In this document: in pieces, positions 28,562 to 35,942 of the stretch
Layout of the letters: the number at the start of each line of letters is the position of its first letter
Numbering within the stretch: position 1 is the first letter of the stretch
Origin: a virus
Lineage: Duplodnaviria; Caudoviricetes
Length of the DNA: 43,523 nucleotides
Strand: one strand, 5' to 3'
IMG/VR virus record: IMGVR_UViG_3300031577_000005
Coordinates: 1 to 43,523 of that record
Notes under the pieces: model-generated
The model's input: the letters and a program-made list of their open reading frames with translations, nothing else
Databases searched by the model: none
Told to the model about the DNA's origin: nothing
Position numbers and translations under genes: made by a program

Positions 28562-28974
28562 GCTGTATGCCGTCCCATCTTAGGCGGATGCTCTCTCGTG
28601 TCAATATGTGTTCCCGGTACATATGTCAAAGCCTCGGCCACCGCATAACTTCCGTCAGGGTTGCGCTGTTGAGTCGATACCTGCACGATACAGCCACCCG
28701 GTACATTACAAACCTTAGTCGATTTAAGCCAACCCTCGGTATCGCTTGACGCTTTACATAACAGTGTGAAGGTATCCGGGTTGCCAAACGTCTTTACATC
28801 CGATACCTTTTTTCTCAAGTCAGTCAAGTTAGTTACATCCAGTGTCTTTTTTTCTTGTTCATCAGGGATAATCTCGTCAACCGACTCTGGCTTGGGAGTT
28901 TCGCAATCAGTATCAGCAATAACTCCAACCTCCTCCGTCACGGATGCTACTGAATGATTTATCTTTCTTGCCAC
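28558..28974 (-). CDS. Hypothetical protein heading the GT cassette
   Basis: GTG start after AGAGGTGG; ATGA overlap with the first GT; acidic disordered N-terminus and compact beta C-domain. Confidence 0.65.
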   Translation of the reverse strand: MARKINHSVASVTEEVGVIADTDCETPKPESVDEIIPDEQEKKTLDVTNLTDLRKKVSDVKTFGNPDTFTLLCKASSDTEGWLKSTKVCNVPGGCIVQVSTQQRNPDGSYAVAEALTYVPGTHIDTREHPPKMGRHTA

Positions 28975-28986
28975 ATTAATCCACCT

Positions 28987-30510
28987 CTAATTCAATATTC
29001 CATCGTAACAGGCCGATAAAATGTCCTCATATGTTGTCTTTTCTATTTCAAATATCGGCTCTGCCACTGGATTCTGGCTTATTGCCCAATTAGCTAACGC
29101 CAGCGCCCAGAATTTATCGCCGTGGTGCTTCTCATTTCGCTCTACCGCGTATCGAAAGGCCCCCGTACTGGTTACATCCCTCTTAATGGCTACAATCTGC
29201 GAAATCAAATCACGATCGTTAGGAATCAATATCCCCCCGCGACCGCGTTCAAACTCTTTATGCAGCGCAATTGCCATTGCCTCTTTCGAGGCATTAGTGA
29301 ACGATACCGGCTCGACCTGACCGCTGTATTTCTTTTTCAGCCGTTCCGCCAGGTCCATTCCCAGCCCAGTTTCATCAATGCATAGCCGCGTGGGCTTGGC
29401 CATCTCAAGAAAACGTCCCACCTCTTTCTCCTGCAAATCAAAATCAGACTGTTTATACGTTGCCATATATCTTAAAATTTTTCCAACCTCAGTACCATCC
29501 AGACTAACCAGTTCTGAAGCATCCTTCCGTCGTCCAACATCATAACCGCCGCCAAGATTGCCCGTCGTCTTGTTCAATAGTTCTTGGAAGCTTCGGGCCA
29601 TCAGCCTAGCTTGCTCGCCATTCTCATCGTCCATAACACATTTATAGACCATTTCAAGCGGGAAGTAAGATGTGCTGTCATCGATGAATGCACATTCAAA
29701 TTCTTGCTGAAATGATTCTAAATCCATGGCGTTAAACAATTCTAAAAGCTGTTCTGTACCGAATTCATCAACGCGCTGAAGCGTGTGCATATCCGGAGCA
29801 ACTTGCCGGGCTCTACCCACATCCTTACACAATAAAGAAAAGTCCCACCAGTAAATGGTGCGACGCTTATAGTTTTTATATTTTTTTATACCGTCCCATA
29901 TTTCGTAAAACTTACCCGTTTTACCAAGCGGCGTAGAAATAATAGTTAGCGACCCATGCTTAACGCGTGTAAAAATCGGAACAGCGGATGTATAAACCAT
30001 CGCATCAAAGCTACCAAAAAAAGCAAACTCATCTAAGATAACATCCAGAACACCATTAGAACCTTTACCACGAATCGGGCCTTTGCCTTGCGCAATTATA
30101 CGAGTACCAGTACTGCTTCGCCCCGACTTATCAACGAATTCTAAAGACGTTGTATTATCCGTAAGTTTCTTTTTCTTATAGGCATCTGGAAGACTATCAT
30201 ATATCTGTTTTGCATAACGTATCTTCTCTTTAGAATCATCGACCTTATAAGATGCAATAATACAGGTATAATCATCCAGGTTTTGCGATCGTGCCAACGC
30301 CCTGGCTGCCGATACAAAAGAAAACCCTAGTTGACGACCTTTTAACCATATCTGAAAACGGTCAAGCGATTCGAGAAAATCCCTTTGATAATCATCAAAT
30401 ATTATTTGTGGTTCAGACAACATCTCAATATAACCTGATTCAGTGGCCATCACATCTTCAAGTGTTTTGGTTGTAATCTCCTTTTGCGTAATGATCGTAG
30501 GACCACTCAT
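28987..30510 (-). CDS. Terminase large subunit (Terminase_6, Mu gp28-like)
   Basis: KGRQLGFS Walker A, ILDEFAF Walker B, ISTP, FQQEFEC, YDVGR, IDETGLG, HGD.FWALALA. Confidence 0.95.
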   Translation of the reverse strand: MSGPTIITQKEITTKTLEDVMATESGYIEMLSEPQIIFDDYQRDFLESLDRFQIWLKGRQLGFSFVSAARALARSQNLDDYTCIIASYKVDDSKEKIRYAKQIYDSLPDAYKKKKLTDNTTSLEFVDKSGRSSTGTRIIAQGKGPIRGKGSNGVLDVILDEFAFFGSFDAMVYTSAVPIFTRVKHGSLTIISTPLGKTGKFYEIWDGIKKYKNYKRRTIYWWDFSLLCKDVGRARQVAPDMHTLQRVDEFGTEQLLELFNAMDLESFQQEFECAFIDDSTSYFPLEMVYKCVMDDENGEQARLMARSFQELLNKTTGNLGGGYDVGRRKDASELVSLDGTEVGKILRYMATYKQSDFDLQEKEVGRFLEMAKPTRLCIDETGLGMDLAERLKKKYSGQVEPVSFTNASKEAMAIALHKEFERGRGGILIPNDRDLISQIVAIKRDVTSTGAFRYAVERNEKHHGDKFWALALANWAISQNPVAEPIFEIEKTTYEDILSACYDGILN

Positions 30511-31187
30511 TTTTCATTACCATACCTAGCGGCAAATCTTGCATGAACTTCATCAGCCGATATACCAATATTAACTTGTACCTGAGGGCCACCGTCTTTC
30601 TGGGACTTCGGCGTCATCAGAAACTCCGAAAGGCTAATTCCTAGTGTCTTACATATGTTGGCCGCTTGTTGAAGTGCTGGATGGGCCATTTTCTCAACAT
30701 ACGTGCCAAAGCTGTTTTCCTTTGTGGTTTCTACGACGGCGCCATCAATAATAGCCTGCTCAATTAACCGATATATCTGCACTGCCAAGGCACCGGCAAC
30801 AGCCCCAGCGTCATCTTTGATTTTATCAATCTCACCTTTGCGAAAAGCTACTTGCCACCTTTTGATCTGCCTAAGTTCCGGCTTGCATAAGTCACGATCC
30901 TTAACGCGCCCTTTCACAAAGTCCCTGCAGGTTGTTCGCTTAGGGCAATTCGCATCACAGGGTCTAACAGGTATTTCAGAAGTGAGATAAGTTTTACGGC
31001 GATTGACCGATAAATCCTTATTTACTTTTTGGATTTCTTGCTGTTGCTCTGAAATTATTGCATCATGTTCTTGCTCGGATGCTACAGTTAACAACGTTCC
31101 ATCATCTTCTGGTAATGCCGGCTCCATTGATTTTATTTCCGCAAGAAATTCTTCGTCAAATTCGCCTGTAATGTCCAATGGTATCAC
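30507..31187 (-). CDS. Putative terminase small subunit
   Basis: Coupled (ATGA) to the large subunit; HPA.......KTLGI P27-like segment; Cys cluster. Confidence 0.65.
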   Translation of the reverse strand: MIPLDITGEFDEEFLAEIKSMEPALPEDDGTLLTVASEQEHDAIISEQQQEIQKVNKDLSVNRRKTYLTSEIPVRPCDANCPKRTTCRDFVKGRVKDRDLCKPELRQIKRWQVAFRKGEIDKIKDDAGAVAGALAVQIYRLIEQAIIDGAVVETTKENSFGTYVEKMAHPALQQAANICKTLGISLSEFLMTPKSQKDGGPQVQVNIGISADEVHARFAARYGNEK

Positions 31188-31200
31188 CTGCCTATAAAAA

Positions 31201-31225
31201 AGAAAAGCACCTGAGGTGCTTTTCT
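31201..31225. terminator. Bidirectional-type rho-independent terminator
   Basis: AGAAAAGCACC-TGA-GGTGCTTTTCT perfect 11-bp stem. Confidence 0.8.
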
Positions 31226-31790
31226 AATGGTCATACTTTTCAATGATTTTATTTATTTTACTAGAATGTACATGATTAATTTTGACCAAGGTTGCTACAT
31301 CAATGTCCCCGTTTTCGCTAATTAAATCCAACTGAGTATACCAATTTACTACTGTTTCAAATTCGTCATTATCTAGTTTAGATGAACCTAATTCTCGAGG
31401 CCATTCAGTATCATATAAAGAAAAATTAATTGTTGTTAATTTAAAATCTGGTTTGTCGCGCTGAATTTTCTCCCACATTTCACTTGCTATCTGTGCTGTT
31501 TTCATAGTGTATTTTAATTGATTAATAAGTTGCTTCGTCGCATTTTGTTCATTCCAGCTTCTCATTAGTTTAAAATTATCTTTTACGCCTACTTTATTTC
31601 CAATATAACTTAAAAACCCGCCCGAAATAGATCCAATTAGCGCTCCTATCATTGACAAAATGGCAGTAAAGATTAAAATCTGGTTTTCTGGTTTAATAAT
31701 TAAATACCAATATGCCGTAAAATACCAGTGAACCACAAAACTAAAGACTACAACAATTAGTAAGATAACTCCACAAATAAACTTTGTCAT
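31224..31790 (-). CDS. AT-rich membrane protein (two N-terminal TM helices), moron-like
   Basis: Two hydrophobic helices; visibly AT-rich; followed by a terminator. Confidence 0.7.
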   Translation of the reverse strand: MTKFICGVILLIVVVFSFVVHWYFTAYWYLIIKPENQILIFTAILSMIGALIGSISGGFLSYIGNKVGVKDNFKLMRSWNEQNATKQLINQLKYTMKTAQIASEMWEKIQRDKPDFKLTTINFSLYDTEWPRELGSSKLDNDEFETVVNWYTQLDLISENGDIDVATLVKINHVHSSKINKIIEKYDH

Positions 31791-31819
31791 ATAAGCTCCC
31801 CCTGAACAACAACTATAAT

Positions 31820-32677
31820 TTATGAAAAGCTCAACTTCTCCACCGCCGCCTGTAATTCTTGTTCTCCCGGCTGCGTATATATCATCGTGGTTTCCAACTT
31901 AGAATGTCCGGCCAGCTTTGACACCATCTCTATCGATACGCCCTTACTAACCAAGTCATGGCAGTATGTGTGCCGTAACATATGGGGGGTTAATTTATCG
32001 ATATTGGCTTTCCTGCCCATGTTTTCGACGAGCTGGTATAATCCGATATACGTTAATTGATCGCCCCGCTGGCTGTCAAATAGCCATTTTGCCGTTACCC
32101 GTTCCAGCAGGTATTCCCCAAGGCACTCACGCAGTTCCTTAGGGATAGGTATAACACGCCATTTGTTACCCTTGCCAGCCCTAACGGTTATAGTCCCTTT
32201 TCGCTCACTTATAACCACATCGTCAGGGGTTAACGCGGTCAACTCGCTGGCTCTGATTCCTGCAAGCAACATCGTTAATATAATCGCCGTGTTCCGTTTA
32301 TCCTTTTCCTTACAGGCCGTCCGAATAAGCCTGTACTTTTCATTTTTGTCCAGCCACTTTGGCATTGCCTGCACCTGATCAACTTTTTTTACCTTCGCCA
32401 ACGGATTATGATCTAACCGCCCTTCTTCGACCAGCCACCGGCAATAAGCTTCAATGCTCCTTAACGCCGTATTAATAGTAGCCGGCTTTTTATTCTGCTC
32501 TTGCAGGTAGGTACGATACTCGACAGCATCAATTGCAGTGACTTCTTCTGACTTAACTTCTTTCCCATTAGCTTCACTCAACCATGAAAAGAACTTATTC
32601 AGTTGCATTTTATAGGTTTTAATCGTGTCTGAGCTACGCCCTTGACTATGCAATACGGCTATATAATCATCAAACAC
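31820..32677 (-). CDS. Tyrosine recombinase (XerC/D-like, with N-terminal SAM-like domain)
   Basis: GIRASEL, GKGNK.R, HMLRHT, LAGH, T.IY catalytic set; GTG 32677 after GGAGG. Confidence 0.94.
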   Translation of the reverse strand: MFDDYIAVLHSQGRSSDTIKTYKMQLNKFFSWLSEANGKEVKSEEVTAIDAVEYRTYLQEQNKKPATINTALRSIEAYCRWLVEEGRLDHNPLAKVKKVDQVQAMPKWLDKNEKYRLIRTACKEKDKRNTAIILTMLLAGIRASELTALTPDDVVISERKGTITVRAGKGNKWRVIPIPKELRECLGEYLLERVTAKWLFDSQRGDQLTYIGLYQLVENMGRKANIDKLTPHMLRHTYCHDLVSKGVSIEMVSKLAGHSKLETTMIYTQPGEQELQAAVEKLSFS

Positions 32678-32689
32678 AGGGCAATCCTC

Positions 32690-32777
32690 CAATTATCTTT
32701 TGAGTTTTTTCGTAGATAACAATGCCAACCAAGGCATATATTAGTACATTTATTATACCATACTCAAAAGATAATTG
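32690..32777. repeat. Perfect 16-bp inverted repeats (CAATTATCTTTTGAGT 32690-32705 / ACTCAAAAGATAATTG 32762-32777) around an extended -10 box
   Basis: Read directly; the 56-bp spacer contains TGGTATAAT on the minus strand at 32760-32752. Confidence 0.85.
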
Positions 32778-32821
32778 TTATTATATTTTAACTGTCGAAA
32801 TACCCCTAAGCCATGCCATTA

Positions 32822-33025
32822 CTAGGTTTGTCGGCTCTTTGTGTTGGTTAAACTCCCATTCTTTCTAACCATCGGCCCAACGTCAGATTTCATGCCGCCG
32901 CGTGAAGATATGTAGTCAAGGCACACGCCGCGGTTATTGTGATCAATTCGATTAGCTGTGCACACGTCATGTCCACGATTTAGGCAATCTTTGCGATCAC
33001 AGGTTACAATGGGCACGATAATCAC
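32822..33025 (-). CDS. Small Cys-rich protein (DUF1540-like)
   Basis: V.C....C..N....C.A..I.......C..Y pattern. Confidence 0.6.
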   Translation of the reverse strand: MIIVPIVTCDRKDCLNRGHDVCTANRIDHNNRGVCLDYISSRGGMKSDVGPMVRKNGSLTNTKSRQT

Positions 33026-33043
33026 ATCCTTTTAGGGTAATAG

Positions 33044-33064
33044 AAAAGCGTCCCGGAGGACGCT
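33044..33064 (-). terminator. Rho-independent terminator
   Basis: AGCGTCC-TCCG-GGACGCT-TTTCT on the minus strand. Confidence 0.75.
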
Positions 33065-33072
33065 AACTATTT

Positions 33073-33492
33073 TTATAAATGCTTAATCAACTTTTTAAAG
33101 TTTTTCATATTTGAACTTGTTTTTAATTCTGGTTCTCCTAAACAAAGAATTGGCTTATTGTTGAAAATTAAATCTGCTGATATATATTCAGCATCTTCGT
33201 CCTTAAATACGTCATCAGTAGGTACTTCAATTTGTTTTATAACATCAGTTATTGCTGACAATTTATGTTTTTCTATGTATACATGCCTCAAAGAAAATTT
33301 AACTTTGATAAATTCTTTAGATGTTAAGAAAAGTGCAACACATTCGTTGCTTAACCTATCGTGCTCATCCAACTTAAGACTTTGTATATAAAAATCGTAC
33401 TGTTCTTCACCAAATTCATGGACTACTATAGTCAGTCTCTCAGCCACCCATTGCGGTACATCATTAAAAGTTAATATTTCGTCAAGAATCAT
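33073..33492 (-). CDS. AT-rich hypothetical protein (moron)
   Basis: Own SD (AAGGGGAG), SigH-like promoter and terminator. Confidence 0.7.
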   Translation of the reverse strand: MILDEILTFNDVPQWVAERLTIVVHEFGEEQYDFYIQSLKLDEHDRLSNECVALFLTSKEFIKVKFSLRHVYIEKHKLSAITDVIKQIEVPTDDVFKDEDAEYISADLIFNNKPILCLGEPELKTSSNMKNFKKLIKHL

Positions 33493-33525
33493 TATTCCAA
33501 CTCCCCTTTTACCATTTTATACATT

Positions 33526-33551
33526 ATTCGGCAAAAAAGGTTAATTTTCCT
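33526..33551 (-). promoter_or_regulatory. SigH-like promoter
   Basis: gcAGGA-N18-GAAT. Confidence 0.6.
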
Positions 33552-33554
33552 GCA

Positions 33555-33592
33555 AAATAAATATAACCGCCCTCGCAATGAGAACGGTTATC
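33555..33592 (-). terminator. Terminator just downstream of the putative late promoter
   Basis: ATAACCGTTCTC-ATTGC-GAGGGCGGTTAT-ATTTATTTT (stem includes G-U pairs). Confidence 0.6.
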
Positions 33593-33620
33593 TGCGTATA
33601 AAGTAAGTGATCCATTTTTA

Positions 33621-33649
33621 ATTTTAAAGTATTTTGTCAAACATGTCAA
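33621..33649 (-). promoter_or_regulatory. SigA-type promoter (putative late promoter)
   Basis: TTGACA (33649-33644)-N17-TAAAAT (33626-33621); imperfect palindrome TTGTGT...ACACAA at 33654-33680 just upstream. Confidence 0.7.
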
Positions 33650-33687
33650 TATATTGTGTTGATATTTTTATCGTACACAACATATTG

Positions 33688-33993
33688 TTATGTTTCAATG
33701 TATAACTTCTCATTTACCTTTGCCAGTGAGTCTTTTTTGCTTTTCTCTTTCTTAACCCTGTTTTTACTTCCCCCACCGAGCATCGGCGGTCCAGCCGGTG
33801 GAACTTCTTTTGGTTTATGAGCTATAGCCCGATCCTTCATTAAACTTGTTATCTCATCAACTTCCTGAACCTTATCTGGGGGCCATGCTTCATATCCACA
33901 TACGGGGCATTTATGATAATCGAACTTTTCGTCGTATTTCATTACTACTCGACACTCTTGGCAAAACCAAGGTTTTCTATTCAAGTAAACCAC
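33688..33993 (-). CDS. Zinc-ribbon protein with basic tail (candidate late regulator)
   Basis: CQEC...CPVC; last gene before the late promoter. Confidence 0.65.
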   Translation of the reverse strand: MVYLNRKPWFCQECRVVMKYDEKFDYHKCPVCGYEAWPPDKVQEVDEITSLMKDRAIAHKPKEVPPAGPPMLGGGSKNRVKKEKSKKDSLAKVNEKLYIET

Positions 33994-35359
33994 CTCTCAC
34001 TCTTATTTCCTCTATCCGCGCCTTTACGGCATCAATTAGAGCATTTTGCCCTGCCGCTTTATTTCTAAGCGCTTTATATACTTCCTCATCAATCGTTCCT
34101 TCAGCAATCAAGTGATTTACGACAACACCTTTTACTTGTCCTTGCCTATCCAATCTAGCGTTAGCTTGTTCATATAACTCTAAAGACCATGTAAGTCCAA
34201 ACCAAACTATGATATTTCCCCCTGCTTGAAGGTTTAGCCCATGGCCAGCACTGGCAGGATGAGCTAGAAGTAAATGTATTTTACCAGCATTCCAGTTCTC
34301 AATATCCCCTGTTGTTTCAAGTGTTCTAGCTTCTGGAAATTTTGCTTTAATTCTAGCAAAGTCATGCTTGTACCAGTAAAACACCAAGACCGGATTGCCA
34401 TTAGCCGCTTCGATGATATCTTCCAGTGCATCAATTTTACCATCATGAATTAATTTTATTTCGCCGTTTTCATCATAAACAGCCCCGTTAGCCATTTGAA
34501 GAAGTTTATTAGATAATACGCCGGCAGAGCTGGCAACAATATCACCTGATTCGAAGGGAAGTAATAAATCTTTTTCCAACTGCTTATACAGTTTTCGGCA
34601 TTCATCGGATAACGGGACTTTTATCATGTTGTCTATTCGTTCCGGTAAGTCCAAATAATCTTTGGTTTTCATGCTCACACAGATATCATTGATTTTTGAA
34701 TATATAGCATCCGCTGCTCCATCTTTCATCCCCCAACTGTAAACTATATGACCATTCTGCTTATCAGGTTTAAAGTATCGTTCTCTAAAACTGGTAATCG
34801 TTTTACCCAATCGCTGCCCACGATCCAATAAATATATTTGCGGCCAAAGGTCAATCAAGTTATTAGGAGCTGGCGTACCTGTTAGTAATACAATACGCTT
34901 TATCAATGGCCGGACTTTCTTTAGGTCTTTAAATCGTTTCGCCTGGTGTGACTTAAAGCTACTGCTTTCATCGATCACGACCATATCAAAAGGCCATTTA
35001 TCTCTATAAAGGTCAACCAGCCAAGATACATTTTCACGATTGATTACGTAGATATCCGAATTCGAATGTAGAACGGTTTTTCTATGGTCGGCAGTACCAA
35101 GTACTAGGCCGACCTTTAAAAATGCCGTATGCGCCCATTTCAAGGCTTCAGCAGCCCATGTAAAGTTGGCTACTCTCAAAGGAGCTATTATCAAAACTTT
35201 ATTGACTGAGAAGTAATCGTATTTTAGATCGACTATCGCGGTTAATGTGCTTATCGACTTCCCCATACCTAACCCTAAAAATAAGGCAACAGCTTCTTGT
35301 TCAATAATTCGTTTGGTTGCGTATGCCTGGTAACTGTGTAAATCTGATCTATTTAACAT
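33977..35359 (-). CDS. SNF2-family helicase
   Basis: LHSYQ, GMGKS, VIDESS, LTGTP, GHGLNLQ, QANARLDRQGQ. Confidence 0.95.
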   Translation of the reverse strand: MLNRSDLHSYQAYATKRIIEQEAVALFLGLGMGKSISTLTAIVDLKYDYFSVNKVLIIAPLRVANFTWAAEALKWAHTAFLKVGLVLGTADHRKTVLHSNSDIYVINRENVSWLVDLYRDKWPFDMVVIDESSSFKSHQAKRFKDLKKVRPLIKRIVLLTGTPAPNNLIDLWPQIYLLDRGQRLGKTITSFRERYFKPDKQNGHIVYSWGMKDGAADAIYSKINDICVSMKTKDYLDLPERIDNMIKVPLSDECRKLYKQLEKDLLLPFESGDIVASSAGVLSNKLLQMANGAVYDENGEIKLIHDGKIDALEDIIEAANGNPVLVFYWYKHDFARIKAKFPEARTLETTGDIENWNAGKIHLLLAHPASAGHGLNLQAGGNIIVWFGLTWSLELYEQANARLDRQGQVKGVVVNHLIAEGTIDEEVYKALRNKAAGQNALIDAVKARIEEIRVRGGLLE

Positions 35360-35633
35360 CTACAATCGACTCAACTAATCTAGTTATTTCGCTTAGAGTA
35401 TCTACTACCCATACTTCAAAGCCTAACTTCTCAATTTCCTTCTTCCGTTTTTTCTGTAAAGGCTTTAATATTCCCCCGGGTCGTTTCATCTCAACAAAAA
35501 CAGCTTTACCGTTGGGTATTAGTACCAGCCTATCTGGCACACCGCCCATATTCGGTGATATGAATTTATAAAATTTGCACCCTAGTTTTTCTATCTCTTT
35601 TTTTAGCCGGGACTCTAATTCTTTTTCTAGCAT
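35349..35633 (-). CDS. VRR-NUC domain nuclease
   Basis: EKELE, GVPDR, FVEMKRPGG, LQ. Confidence 0.92.
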   Translation of the reverse strand: MLEKELESRLKKEIEKLGCKFYKFISPNMGGVPDRLVLIPNGKAVFVEMKRPGGILKPLQKKRKKEIEKLGFEVWVVDTLSEITRLVESIVDVK

Positions 35634-35649
35634 TTTACCTCCCAAATTT

Positions 35650-35940
35650 TAGGTGGAACGATTGGAACGACGGGACTGTATTTTCTATAAACTTATATAT
35701 ATTAATTTAGGTGTACCTAATTAATAGCCATTATCCATTATATACCCTATTCTATATTAACTCTTTTATATAAAATATATCGTTCCATCGTTCCATATAG
35801 GCTATAAACCAATATACTATAAGGGTTTATAGGTGGAACACTTAAAGGAACAATTGGTGGAACGACCATTTAGCGTTCCGCGTCGTCAAACTTGCGTTCG
35901 TGTCAGGTAAATTATCGTTCCACGCCTTATTGTTCCTTTT
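35650..35940. repeat. Putative replication origin with about 10 GGAAC/GTTCC iterons, AT-rich core and palindromes
   Basis: GGTGGAAC/TGGAACGA copies and their inverses; CTATAAACC..GGTTTATAG (35802-35832); non-coding gap right after the primase-helicase. Confidence 0.72.
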
Positions 35941-35942
35941 AT

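Noticed and set aside
31820-32677. Recombinase as the prophage integrase marking an att end
   Set aside because: Phage genes continue on both sides, it lacks an arm-binding N-terminal extension, and no att duplication was seen.
35650-35940. CRISPR array
   Set aside because: Repeats are 5-9 bp, in both orientations and irregularly spaced; no cas genes.
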